From: Amphiscolops sp. MND2022
Taxonomy: Eukaryota
Length of the DNA: 64,000 nucleotides
Assembly: GCA_964187785.1 (NCBI GenBank)
Contig: OZ076409.1
Location: 16,246,001 to 16,310,000, forward strand
Direction of reading: 5' to 3'
Position 1 is the stretch's first letter, and every line of letters begins with the position of its first letter. Made by a program: the position numbers and the translations under genes. The notes beneath the pieces were generated by a model. That model saw only the letters and a list, made by a program, of their open reading frames with translations. It ran no database searches and was not told the origin of the DNA. This document shows positions 8,283 through 19,809 of the stretch, piece by piece.

Positions 8283-9713
8283 CTGCGGTAGCAGCAATTA
8301 TTTGACCAAATTCATTCTCTCTCGCATCTGCTGAGGCAGGGACGATTATCTCACTTGAAAGAATGCCTAATTTCCTTACATTGGACTTTATAATACCTTA
8401 CTCCAAAGAAGAAATTACTAATCCTTCTCTAAAGCTTGTTACTTACAAAAGCTTTCTTTGCTCGTTACTTAAATGTTTACCTAGTGACGCTGTTAAACGC
8501 GTGACCTGCATGAAATCGCACGTGTACAAACATGCGCCGCACGAAAAGAAACTTGAGAGCGTCAAAGTTATCGGTCCAATTTCATTACAAAACGAGTTTA
8601 ATTCCATTATTTCTGATGGAATTTTGTTCAAAAATCGCAAGATTTATGCTCTACAAAACCATGATGTTACGTCCAATGCTTACCCCAAGCAATTTACGAT
8701 CAAATTTTGTAATTTACCACACTTCTTTCCTGATACCGATGTTATTTCGGCTTGCAATTTGAAAGATTTCAAACTTTCAAAGTTACGACACCAATTAGAG
8801 AAACTTTCTGAGGAAATTGAAACCTACACAGGCATTTGTTATGCGGATGTGGAAATCCAGGACGAAGCCCAATTACAACAGCTCATTTCATGGAATGAAA
8901 CCAGCTTTTTGAACAAATACTATCTAGAAGAAATTCCATTTAAATGCCAAATTCAAACATTACTACAATGCGATTTCTGCAGACAAAAGAAGCTCCAGTT
9001 TTTGGGGCACCATGTACGCCAATGCAAAGCCAAAAAGACACAATTAGAACCAGAATCTGAGGAAGATAGCATCTCAACCACGAAAACAAATGAAGAAAAA
9101 GAACTAGAAGCCACAGATGCAAACAAGAACAACACAGAACATACTTTCTATATTGATTTAGAAAAATGCCAAATTCGAAACATACATGACATGGACGAAC
9201 TCCATAAAGGATTTAGCAAGCTTCTTGCTTTGCAGGAATGCAAGCCTGTGAATGTCTTGAATGACAACAATGTAGTGATAAATCAACTACGACATGTGAA
9301 GAATATTACTGAAGAAAAACAGCGGAAGCTTTTCAAACAACAAAACAGATGGGGAAGTCCTTCATCAGACGTCCCAATCAAGAACTTCTCAGAGTTTTGT
9401 GAACTCCGGGGAAAGCTAGATGTGTTCTACGACTCAACAAAAGGCGAAGAAACCCTTTACCTGATGAACCTATCCAAGAAAGTGACCCACATTTTCAAAA
9501 AGAAACAACAACCACACTAACAAAACTACATTATACTAATTTTCAAACTTTGATTTCCATGTTAAATCAAAACTCTCATATTATACAATCATCACCAAGT
9601 CTTTCATTTACTCAATACTATAAGTATGCTAAGTTATTCATACTCAACACTTTAGTATTAATGTAAAGACTATTTGATTTATAAAGGCAAATTTCCAAAT
9701 ACATTCTTTAAAA
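8283..9713 (+). mobile_element. ORF1-only non-autonomous retroelement, family D
   Basis: Duplication at 8266-8282 / 9714-9730; ends AATACATTCTTTAAAA. Confidence 0.88.
8363..9520 (+). CDS. ORF1-like protein, family D (385 aa)
   Basis: Close paralogue of B (FIIPYSKEEITNP, YPKQFT, CDFCRQKKLQFLGHHVRQC). Confidence 0.86.
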   Translation: MPNFLTLDFIIPYSKEEITNPSLKLVTYKSFLCSLLKCLPSDAVKRVTCMKSHVYKHAPHEKKLESVKVIGPISLQNEFNSIISDGILFKNRKIYALQNHDVTSNAYPKQFTIKFCNLPHFFPDTDVISACNLKDFKLSKLRHQLEKLSEEIETYTGICYADVEIQDEAQLQQLISWNETSFLNKYYLEEIPFKCQIQTLLQCDFCRQKKLQFLGHHVRQCKAKKTQLEPESEEDSISTTKTNEEKELEATDANKNNTEHTFYIDLEKCQIRNIHDMDELHKGFSKLLALQECKPVNVLNDNNVVINQLRHVKNITEEKQRKLFKQQNRWGSPSSDVPIKNFSEFCELRGKLDVFYDSTKGEETLYLMNLSKKVTHIFKKKQQPH

Positions 9714-9823
9714 GCCTAATTGTTGTGATAAACTTATTAAATTGGTAAGTATTCCAACCCTATTGATAAGTTTTATTTGAAAGCAGACTGCGAAAGTGGT
9801 ATGCTGCCCAATTTTTGAACAAG
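9714..9823 (+). ncRNA. Putative SL RNA copy, degenerate (substitutions at 9743 and 9801)
   Basis: AAATTG|GTAAGT instead of AAATAG|GTAAGT; stem II mismatch. Confidence 0.65.
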
Positions 9824-9939
9824 GAACAAGCTAGTCTGCACTAACTTAAAAGTTACGCGTATTTTGACCGAGAAAATTTTCGTATCATTGTACGTAATTT
9901 TGTTGTTAAGCATATAAAGCTATTGATTCTACAATGATC

Positions 9940-10058
9940 GGCTACGACCATACCATGTTGAATGCACCGGTTCTCGTCCGATCACCGAAGTTAAACAACA
10001 TAGGGCCTGGTTAGTACTTGGATGGGAGACCGCTTGGGAACACCAGGTGTTGTAGCCT
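9940..10058 (+). rRNA. 5S rRNA
   Basis: Same as 707-825. Confidence 0.97.
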
Positions 10059-10617
10059 TTTTTGTCAGAAATGTGGTTTAACTTCGGTGACAGTTTTGCA
10101 AAAGGGGTCAAATTGAAAAGATAGCAAAAAACGGACAACGCCATTAGAAAGAGCGTCCAAAAAAACCCCCATGCTGAAATTTTCGCCGCCATCACTTGAA
10201 TTTTCATTGAGTTATGTCATTTTTACTATTTTCACAAAATGTGGTTTAACTTCGGTGACAGTTTTGCAAAAGGGGTCAAAATGAACAGATAGCAAAAAAC
10301 GGACAACGGCACTGGAAAGAGGGCCCAAAATTACCCCTAAAACGTGTTTTTCACACTCCTGAGTCGACTTTTGATAATACATGAAATTTCATTTTTAAGC
10401 TTACTAATTTATGCTTTTCAGCATACATTTTCGTAATAGAGTCAAAATTTTGCTTTCTCACAATTTTTCTGGAATATTTTTGTTTCATCAGATGTCAATA
10501 ACTTGAAACGTCGTCTTTTCATGAGAATTTCTCCTCAAAACAAGTTGTTGGCTGGTAATGGTAAGTCCGTACCGCAGATAGGAGTCTCGCGCTCCAAAAA
10601 TTGACTCTTTGCTTTTA

Positions 10618-10857
10618 GCCTAATTGTTGTGATAAACTTATTAAATAGGTAAGTATTCCAACCTTGGAATATTTCTTGCCTGTTTGAGGTGTGAATCACA
10701 CTTACTTATCAATAGGGCCCAAAAGCCAGTAACCAAAAACCAGTAACCAATAACCAACCTGTACTTACTGTTTGAAAGGTAAGTATTCCAACCCTATTGA
10801 TAAGTTTTATTTGAAAGCAGACTGCGAAAGTGGTCTGCTGCCCAATTTTTGAACAAG
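10618..10857 (+). pseudogene. SL RNA gene disrupted by a 113-bp insertion at the splice-donor loop
   Basis: Unit is 130 bp longer; AGGTAAGTATTCCAACC duplicated at 10647-10663 and 10777-10793. Confidence 0.75.
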
Positions 10858-10973
10858 GAACAAGCTAGTCTGCACTAACTTAAAAGTTACGCGTATTTTG
10901 ACCGAGAAAATTTTCGTATCATTGTACGTAATTTTGTTGTTAAGCATATAAAGCTATTGATTCTACAATGATC

Positions 10974-11092
10974 GGCTACGACCATACCATGTTGAATGCA
11001 CCGGTTCTCGTCCGATCACCGAAGTTAAACAACATAGGGCCTGGTTAGTACTTGGATGGGAGACCGCTTGGGAACACCAGGTGTTGTAGCCT
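10974..11092 (+). rRNA. 5S rRNA
   Basis: Same as 707-825. Confidence 0.97.
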
Positions 11093-11668
11093 TTTTTGTC
11101 AGAAATGTGGTTTAACTTCGGTGACAGTTTTGCAAAAGGGGTCAAATTGAAAAGATAGCAAAAAACGGACAACGCCATTAGAAAGAGCGTCCAAAAAAAC
11201 CCCCATGCTGAAATTTTCGCCGCCATCACTTGAATTTTCATTGAGTTATGTCATTTTTACTATTTTCACAAAATGTGGTTTAACTTCGGTGACAGTTTTG
11301 CAAAAGGGGTCAAAATGAACAGATAGCAAAAAACGGACAACGGCACTGGAAAGAGGGCCCAAAATTACCCCTAAAACGTGTTTTTCACACTCCTGAGTCG
11401 ACTTTTGATAATACATGAAATTTCATTTTTAAGCTTACTAATTTATGCTTTTCAGCATACATTTTCGTAATAGAGTCAAAATTTTGCTTTCTCACAATTT
11501 TTCTGGAATATTTTTGTTTCATCAGATGTCAATAACTTGAAACGTCGTCTTTTCATGAGAATTTCTCCTCAAAACAAGTTGTTGGCTGGTAATGGTAAGT
11601 CCGTACCGCAGATAGGACTCTCGCGCTCCAAAAATTGACTCTTTGCTTTTAGCCTAATTGTTGTGATA

Positions 11669-13649
11669 CGGCGTTACTCTGTCAGCCTGCAAACTTTGTT
11701 TGCACAGCGCCATCTTGCAAATTTTGCAGCAAAAGTTGCAAAAGTAATGACTAATTTGAACACGAGTGAGCTTGATCAACATCATAATGAAAATGTTGAG
11801 CAAAATTGTTACAAAAATGCAGTTATTTCCTTCTCGAAATCGAACTCAAATATGGACAAATTACCAATTATTATCAACTTTGCCTTACCACTGACATCTG
11901 AAATGTTCAAAAACAGCAAATTACTGGATTCAATGTTTGTGGAAGCTGTTATGGCCGTCAAAAACCGACTTAACTCCAATGAAATTACCATCTTCAAAAC
12001 TACAATTTTACGCAACAAAGGCAATTTGAAGTGTATTACTGTGATCATTCCTTACAAACTTGAAAATGCAGCTTCCTCTCTTATTCACGAGGGCATTACT
12101 CTTCGCAATCGGAAAATACGGCCTTATTCTGTCAATTATTCCAACCCGAACAACAATGTCTATCCAAAAAGATTACCAATATCTTTCCGAAACCTACCAC
12201 ACTTTCTGACGGATGAGGATATTTTGAGTAGCTGTGGTCTTCAAAACTTCAAATTTAGTAGCAAAATTTTTCATCAACAACGACGACTTCCTGTTAGCAG
12301 CCTTTTTTATACAGGAGAGGCAAGAATTACAGTTTTAATTGACAATGAGAATGAGGAAAGTTTACTACAAAACTGGGCCAATAATGCATATGACAAAATG
12401 TTTAGTTCCAGTGGCATTTTTTTCAAATGTTGCTGTATCCCACTCCTCGAATGCTCTTTATGCGTCAATGAGAACCTTCCCAGTGCTCATCAACAATCAA
12501 GATGCCCAAAACAACTATCAGACGAACAGCAAATACAGAAAAACAGTGAATCTCAGAACCAGAAGTTAACAACTGACTACGTTATGGAAACTGCAGAAAC
12601 AGAGCCAATGTCTAATGAACCTGAACTGTCAGATTCAGATGATGCTGAACCAATCTCAAAGGCACCAAAGCAGACCGATGATGGTACTGAAACCGAATGC
12701 AACAACAACGTGGCAGAAACTGAACAACCATGCATTAACAACTCAAAGAAAGATACCATTCCTATGCAAAAACCTAAACTAATGCATCGCTCAACTGAAT
12801 GGAAATCCTCAACAGACCTTGCCCGAAATCAAGCAGATGACCAACAGTCAACGGCAAAGCATGGATATCATGAATACCCATTCTTTTTGGAAAAGAAACA
12901 AAACAAAATACTGGCACCCGAAACTATTTTCAACGAAATACCTCCTATAAAAGAACATGTGATCAAAACCCAACAAACTTCTGGCTACATCAATACACTA
13001 GACAAGGAAAAGAAAATTCAAAGGACCTTTTCACTCGTACAACCACTGAAGAAAGAAAAACTCGAAGATCTTTTATCTGAATCAAACTGGAAACATTCTG
13101 ACTCTAACACTATTTTAACTTCTCATTTTGAATTTTACTCATTGATCCGGAAGTTTGATCCATTCTATGATGCTACAAACCACCAAATTTACACTATTAA
13201 TCTGGAGAATAAAATTGTACAAGTTTTCACTGCAGTTGAAAACTTATACAATGAAAACAAAAACTAAACTGAAAAATTTCGGACCTTTTTGACTGGAACT
13301 TTAAAGTTCTAAATCTCTACAATACCATCATCAATCAACCCAATTCCCAATTCTTTTCGAGCACTAGTTGTTCGCAACCTGTATGCAAAAAACGGGTTTT
13401 GAAAACAAACTCCTTCCAGGAGCAAACATCTTTTTTTCATACATTCTCCAAACTTCATTATACTAACTTCATACCAAAAAAAACATTCCCATTTTGGCGC
13501 TTTCTCAAAAATGCCATAACCAAGCATCTTCATCTACATACTTCAGCTTTTTCAACACTTCAGTTACTCATATACTCATTTTATACCTATACCTTAGACT
13601 TCATTACTTTTTACTTGTAAATTCTCAGTTTTCAATAAATTCTTTAAAA
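11669..13649 (+). mobile_element. Family A element
   Basis: Duplication at 11652 / 13650. Confidence 0.9.
11747..13267 (+). CDS. ORF1-like protein, family A
   Basis: Near-identical to 4013-5533. Confidence 0.87.
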   Translation: MTNLNTSELDQHHNENVEQNCYKNAVISFSKSNSNMDKLPIIINFALPLTSEMFKNSKLLDSMFVEAVMAVKNRLNSNEITIFKTTILRNKGNLKCITVIIPYKLENAASSLIHEGITLRNRKIRPYSVNYSNPNNNVYPKRLPISFRNLPHFLTDEDILSSCGLQNFKFSSKIFHQQRRLPVSSLFYTGEARITVLIDNENEESLLQNWANNAYDKMFSSSGIFFKCCCIPLLECSLCVNENLPSAHQQSRCPKQLSDEQQIQKNSESQNQKLTTDYVMETAETEPMSNEPELSDSDDAEPISKAPKQTDDGTETECNNNVAETEQPCINNSKKDTIPMQKPKLMHRSTEWKSSTDLARNQADDQQSTAKHGYHEYPFFLEKKQNKILAPETIFNEIPPIKEHVIKTQQTSGYINTLDKEKKIQRTFSLVQPLKKEKLEDLLSESNWKHSDSNTILTSHFEFYSLIRKFDPFYDATNHQIYTINLENKIVQVFTAVENLYNENKN

Positions 13650-13759
13650 GCCTAATTGTTGTGATAAACTTATTAAATAGGTAAGTATTCCAACCCTATT
13701 GATAAGTTTTATTTGAAAGCAGACTGCGAAAGTGGTCTGCTGCCCAATTTTTGAACAAG
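13650..13759 (+). ncRNA. Putative SL RNA copy (downstream of insert)
   Basis: Same as 481-590. Confidence 0.75.
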
Positions 13760-13875
13760 GAACAAGCTAGTCTGCACTAACTTAAAAGTTACGCGTATTT
13801 TGACCGAGAAAATTTTCGTATCATTGTACGTAATTTTGTTGTTAAGCATATAAAGCTATTGATTCTACAATGATC

Positions 13876-13994
13876 GGCTACGACCATACCATGTTGAATG
13901 CACCGGTTCTCGTCCGATCACCGAAGTTAAACAACATAGGGCCTGGTTAGTACTTGGATGGGAGACCGCTTGGGAACACCAGGTGTTGTAGCCT
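13876..13994 (+). rRNA. 5S rRNA
   Basis: Same as 707-825. Confidence 0.97.
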
Positions 13995-14570
13995 TTTTTG
14001 TCAGAAATGTGGTTTAACTTCGGTGACAGTTTTGCAAAAGGGGTCAAATTGAAAAGATAGCAAAAAACGGACAACGGCACTGGAAAGAGGGCCCAAAATT
14101 ACCCCCATGCTGAAATTTTCGCCGCCATCACTTGAATTTTCATTGAGTTATGTCATTTTTACTATTTTCACAAAATGTGGTTTAACTTCGGTGACAGTTT
14201 TGCAAAAGGGGTCAAAATGAACAGATAGCAAAAAACGGACAACGGCACTGGAAAGAGGGCCCAAAATTACCCCTAAAACGTGTTTTTCACACTCCTGAGT
14301 CGACTTTTGATAATACATGGAATTTCATTTTTAAGCTTACTAATTTATGCTTTTCAGCATACATTTTCGTAATAGAGTCAAAATTTTGCTTTCTCACAAT
14401 TTTTCTGGAATATTTTTGTTTCATCAGATGTCAATAACTTGAAACGTCGTCTTTTCATGAGAATTTCTCCTCAAAACAAGTTGTTGGCTGGTAATGGTAA
14501 GTCCGTACCGCAGATAGGACTCTCGCGCTCCAAAAATTGACTCTTTGCTTTTAGCCTAATTGTTGTGATA

Positions 14571-16552
14571 CGGCGTTACTCTGTCAGCCTGCAAACTTTG
14601 TTTGCACAGCGCCATCTTGCAAATTTTGCAGCAAAAGTTGCAAAAGTAATGACTAATTTGAACACGAGTGAGCTTGATCAACATCATAATGAAAATGTTG
14701 AGCAAAATTGTTACAAAAATGCAGTTATTTCCTTGTCGAAATCGAACTCAAATATGGACAAATTACCAATTATTATCAACTTTGCCTTACCACTGACATC
14801 TGAAATGTTCAAAAACAGCAAATTACTGGATTCAATGTTTGTGGAAGCTGTTATGGCCGTCAAAAACCGACTTAACTCCAATGAAATTACCATCTTCAAA
14901 ACTACAATTTCACGCAACAAAGGCAATTTGAAGTGTATTACTGTGATCATTCCTTACAAACTTGAAAATGCAGCTTCTTCTCTTATTCACGAGGGCATTA
15001 CTCTTCGCAATCGGAAAATACGGCCTTATTCTGTCAATTATTCCAAACCGAACAACAATGTCTATCCAAAAAGATTACCAATATCTTTCCGAAACCTACC
15101 ACACTTTCTGACGGATGAGGATATTTTGAGTAGCTGTGGTCTTCAAAACTTCAAATTTAGTAGCAAAATTTTTCATCAACAACGACGACTTCCTGATAGC
15201 AGCCTTTTTTATACAGGAGAGGCAAGAATTACAGTTTTAATTGACAATGAGAATGAGGAAAGTTTACTACAAAACTGGGCCAATAATGCATATGACAAAA
15301 TGTTTAGTTCCAGTGGCATTTTTTTCAAATGTTGCTGTATCCCACTCCTCGAATGCTCTTTATGCGTCAATGAGAACCTTCCCAGTGCTCATCAACAATC
15401 AAGATGCCCAAAACAACTATCAGACGAACAGCAAATACAGAAAAACAGTGAATCTCAGAACCAGAAGTTAACAACTGACTACGTTATGGAAACTGCAGAA
15501 ACAGAGCCAATGTCTAATGAACCTGAACTGTCAGATTCAGATGATGCTGAACCAATCTCAAAGGCGCCAAAGCAGACCGATGATGGTACTGAAACCGAAT
15601 GCAATAACAACGTGGCAGAAACTGAACAACCATGCATTAACAACTCAAAGAAAGATACCATTCCTATGCAAAAACCTAAACTAATGCATCGCTCAACTGA
15701 ATGGGAATCCTCAACAGACCTTGCCCGAAATCAAGCAGATGACCAACAGTCAACGGCAAAGCATGGATATCATGAATACCCATTCTTTTTGGAAAAGAAA
15801 CAAAACAAAATACTGGCACCCGAAACTATTTTCAACGAAATACCTCCTATAAAAGAACATGTGATCAAAACCCAACAAACTTCTGGCTACATCAATACAC
15901 TAGACAAGGAAAAGAAAATTCAAAGGACCTTTTCACTCGTACAACCACTGAAGAAAGAAAAACTCGAAGATCTTTTATCTGAATCAAACTGGAAACATTC
16001 TGACTCTAACACTATTTTAACTTCTCATTTTGAATTTTACTCATTGATCCGGAAGTTTGATCCATTCTATGATGCTACAAACCACCAAATTTACACTATT
16101 AATCTGGAGAATAAAATTGTACAAGTTTTCACTGCAGTTGAAAACTTATACAATGAAAACAAAAACTAAACTGAAAAATTTCGGACCTTTTTGACTGGAA
16201 CTTTAAAGTTCTAAATCTCTACAATACCATCATCAATCAACCCAATTCCCAATTCTTTTCGAGCACTAGTTGTTCGCCACCTGTATGCAAAAAATGGGTT
16301 TTGAGAACAAACTCCTTCCAGGAGCAAACATCTTTTTTTCATACATTCTCCAAACTACATTATACTAACTTCATACCAAAAAAAAACATTCCCATTTTGG
16401 CGCTTTCTCAAAAATGCCATAACCAAGCATCTTCATCTACATACTTCAGCTTTTTCAACACTTCAGTTACTCATATACTCATTTTATACATATACCTTAG
16501 ACTTCATTACTTTTTACTTGTAAATTCTCAGTTTTAAATAAATTCTTTAAAA
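14571..16552 (+). mobile_element. Family A element
   Basis: Duplication at 14554 / 16553. Confidence 0.9.
14649..16169 (+). CDS. ORF1-like protein, family A
   Basis: Near-identical to 4013-5533. Confidence 0.87.
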   Translation: MTNLNTSELDQHHNENVEQNCYKNAVISLSKSNSNMDKLPIIINFALPLTSEMFKNSKLLDSMFVEAVMAVKNRLNSNEITIFKTTISRNKGNLKCITVIIPYKLENAASSLIHEGITLRNRKIRPYSVNYSKPNNNVYPKRLPISFRNLPHFLTDEDILSSCGLQNFKFSSKIFHQQRRLPDSSLFYTGEARITVLIDNENEESLLQNWANNAYDKMFSSSGIFFKCCCIPLLECSLCVNENLPSAHQQSRCPKQLSDEQQIQKNSESQNQKLTTDYVMETAETEPMSNEPELSDSDDAEPISKAPKQTDDGTETECNNNVAETEQPCINNSKKDTIPMQKPKLMHRSTEWESSTDLARNQADDQQSTAKHGYHEYPFFLEKKQNKILAPETIFNEIPPIKEHVIKTQQTSGYINTLDKEKKIQRTFSLVQPLKKEKLEDLLSESNWKHSDSNTILTSHFEFYSLIRKFDPFYDATNHQIYTINLENKIVQVFTAVENLYNENKN

Positions 16553-16662
16553 GCCTAATTGTTGTGATAAACTTATTAAACAGGTAAGTATTCCAACCCT
16601 ATTGATAAGTTTTATTTGAAAGCAGACTGCGAAAGTGGTCTGCTGCCCAATTTTTGAACAAG
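16553..16662 (+). ncRNA. Putative SL RNA copy (T>C at 16581)
   Basis: AAACAG|GTAAGT variant. Confidence 0.7.
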
Positions 16663-16778
16663 GAACAAGCTAGTCTGCACCAACTTAAAAGTTACGCGTA
16701 TTTTGACCGAGAAAATTTTCGTATCATTGTACGTAATTTTGTTGTTAAGCATATAAAGCTATTGATTCTACAATGATC

Positions 16779-16897
16779 GGCTACGACCATACCATGTTGA
16801 ATGCACCGGTTCTCGTCCGATCACCGAAGTTAAACAACATAGGGCCTGGTTAGTACTTGGATGGGAGACCGCTTGGGAACACCAGGTGTTGTAGCCT
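16779..16897 (+). rRNA. 5S rRNA
   Basis: Same as 707-825. Confidence 0.97.
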
Positions 16898-17473
16898 TTT
16901 TTGTCAGAAATGTGGTTTAACTTCGGTGACAGTTTTGCAAAAGGGGTCAAATTGAAAAGATAGCAAAAAACGGACAACGCCATTAGAAAGAGCGTCCAAA
17001 AAAACCCCCATGCTGAAATTTTCGCCGCCATCACTTGAATTTTCATTGAGTTATGTCATTTTTACTATTTTCACAAAATGTGGTTTAACTTCGGTGACAG
17101 TTTTGCAAAAGGGGTCAAAATGAACAGATAGCAAAAAACGGACAACGGCACTGGAAAGAGGGCCCAAAATTACCCCTAAAACGTGTTTTTCACACTCCTG
17201 AGTCGACTTTTGATAATACATGGAATTTCATTTTTAAGCTTACTAATTTATGCTTTTCAGCATACATTTTCGTAATAGAGTCAAAATTTTGCTTTCTCAC
17301 AATTTTTCTGGAATATTTTTGTTTCATCAGATGTCAATAACTTGAAACGTCGTCTTTTCATGAGAATTTCTCCTCAAAACAAGTTGTTGGCTGGTAATGG
17401 TAAGTCCGTACCGCAGATAGGACTCTCGCGCTCCAAAAATTGACTCTTTGCTTTTAGCCTAATTGTTGTGATA

Positions 17474-18904
17474 CTGCGGTAGCAGCAATTATTTGACCAA
17501 ATTCATTCTCTCTCGCATCTGCTGAGGCAGGGACGATTATCTCACTTGAAAGAATGCCTAATTTCCTTACATTGGACTTTATAATACCTTACTCCAAAGA
17601 AGAAATTACTAATCCTTCTATAAAGCTTGTTACTTACAAAAGCTTTCTTTGCTCGTTACTTAAATGTTTACCTAGTGACGCTGTTAAACGCGTGACCTGC
17701 ATGAAATCGCACGTGTACAAACATGCGCCGCACGAAAAGAAACTTGAGAGCGTCAAAGTTATCGGTCCAATTTCATTACAAAACGAGTTTAATTCCATTA
17801 TTTCTGATGGAATTTTGTTCAAAAATCGCAAGATTTATGCTCTGCAAAACCATGATGTTACGTCCAATGCTTACTCCAAGCAATTTACGATCAAATTTCG
17901 TAATTTACTACACTTCTTTCCTGATACCGATGTTATTTCGGCTTGCAATTTGAAAGATTTCAAACTTTCAAAGTTACGACACCAATTAGAGAAACTTTCT
18001 GAGGAAATTGAAACCTACACAGGCATTTGTTATGCGGATGTGGAAATCCAGGACGAAGCCCAATTACAACAGCTCATTTCATGGAATGAAACCAGCTTTT
18101 TGAACAAATACTATCTAGAAGAAATTCCATTTAAATGCCAAATTCAAACATTACTACAATGCGATTTCTGCAGACAAAAGAAGCTCCAGTTTTTGGGGCA
18201 CCATGTACGCCAATGCAAAGCCAAAAAGACACAATTAGAACCAGAATCTGAGGAAGATAGCATCTCAACTACGAAAACAAATGAAGAAAAAGAACTAGAA
18301 GCCACAGATGCAAACAAGAATAACCCAGAACATACTTTCTATATTGATTTAGAAAAATGCCAAATTCGAAACATACATGACATGGACGAACTCCATAAAG
18401 GATTTAGCAAGCTTCTTGCTTTACAGGAATGCAAGCCTGTGAATGTCTTGAATGACAACAATGTAGTGATAAACCAACTACGACATGTGAAGAATATTAC
18501 TGAAGAAAAACAGCGGAAGCTTTTCAAACAACAAAACAGATGGGGAAGTCCTTCATCAGACGTCCCAATCAAGAACTTCTCAGAGTTTTGTGAACTCCGG
18601 GGAAAGCTAGATGTGTTCTACGACTCAACAAAAGGCGAAGAAACCCTTTACCTGATGAACCTATCCAAGAAAGTGACCCACATTTTCAAAAAGAAACAAC
18701 AACCAAACTAACAAAACTACATTATACTAATTTTCAAACTTTGATTTCCATGTTAAATCAAAACTCTCATATTATACAATCATCACCAAGTCTTTCATTT
18801 ACTCAATACTATAAGTATGCTAAGTTATTCATACTCAACACTTTAGTATTAATGTAAAGACTATTTGATTTATAAAGGCAAATTTTCAAATACATTCTTT
18901 AAAA
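17474..18904 (+). mobile_element. Family D element
   Basis: Duplication at 17457 / 18905. Confidence 0.88.
17554..18711 (+). CDS. ORF1-like protein, family D
   Basis: Near-identical to 8363-9520. Confidence 0.86.
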   Translation: MPNFLTLDFIIPYSKEEITNPSIKLVTYKSFLCSLLKCLPSDAVKRVTCMKSHVYKHAPHEKKLESVKVIGPISLQNEFNSIISDGILFKNRKIYALQNHDVTSNAYSKQFTIKFRNLLHFFPDTDVISACNLKDFKLSKLRHQLEKLSEEIETYTGICYADVEIQDEAQLQQLISWNETSFLNKYYLEEIPFKCQIQTLLQCDFCRQKKLQFLGHHVRQCKAKKTQLEPESEEDSISTTKTNEEKELEATDANKNNPEHTFYIDLEKCQIRNIHDMDELHKGFSKLLALQECKPVNVLNDNNVVINQLRHVKNITEEKQRKLFKQQNRWGSPSSDVPIKNFSEFCELRGKLDVFYDSTKGEETLYLMNLSKKVTHIFKKKQQPN

Positions 18905-19014
18905 GCCTAATTGTTGTGATAAACTTATTAAATAGGTAAGTATTCCAACCCTATTGATAAGTTTTATTTGAAAGCAGACTGCGAAAGTGGTCTGCTGCCC
19001 AATTTTTGAACAAG
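18905..19014 (+). ncRNA. Putative SL RNA copy (downstream of insert)
   Basis: Same as 481-590. Confidence 0.75.
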
Positions 19015-19130
19015 GAACAAGCTAGTCTGCACTAACTTAAAAGTTACGCGTATTTTGACCGAGAAAATTTTCGTATCATTGTACGTAATTTTGTTGTTAA
19101 GCATATAAAGCTATTGATTCTACAATGATC

Positions 19131-19249
19131 GGCTACGACCATACCATGTTGAATGCACCGGTTCTCGTCCGATCACCGAAGTTAAACAACATAGGGCCTG
19201 GTTAGTACTTGGATGGGAGACCGCTTGGGAACACCAGGTGTTGTAGCCT
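19131..19249 (+). rRNA. 5S rRNA
   Basis: Same as 707-825; T7 terminator run. Confidence 0.97.
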
Positions 19250-19809
19250 TTTTTTGTCAGAAATGTGGTTTAACTTCGGTGACAGTTTTGCAAAAGGGGT
19301 CAAATTGAAAAGATAGCAAAAAACGGACAACGCCATTAGAAAGAGCGTCCAAAAAAACCCCCATGCTGAAATTTTCGCCGCCATCACTTGAATTTTCATT
19401 GAGTTATGTCATTTTTACTATTTTCACAAAATGTGGTTTAACTTCGGTGACAGTTTTGCAAAAGGGGTCAAAATGAACAGATAGCAAAAAACGGACAACG
19501 GCACTGGAAAGAGGGCCCAAAATTACTCCTAAAACGTGTTTTTCACACTCCTGAGTCGACTTTTGATAATACATGGAATTTCATTTTTAAGCTTACTAAT
19601 TTATGCTTTTCAGCATACATTTTCGTAATAGAGTCAAAATTTTGCTTTCTCACAATTTTTCTGGAATAATTTTGTTTCATCAGATGTCAATAACTTGAAA
19701 CGTCGTCTTTTCATGAGAATTTCTCCTCAAAACAAGTTGTTGGCTGTTAATGGTAAGTCCGTACCGCAGATAGGACTCTCGCGCTCCAAAAATTGACTCT
19801 TTGCTTTTA

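Noticed and set aside
6821..9730. CRISPR- or integron-like array of 17-bp repeats with gene cassettes
   Set aside because: Eukaryotic 5S context with no cas or integrase gene; empty sites show the repeats are target-site duplications.
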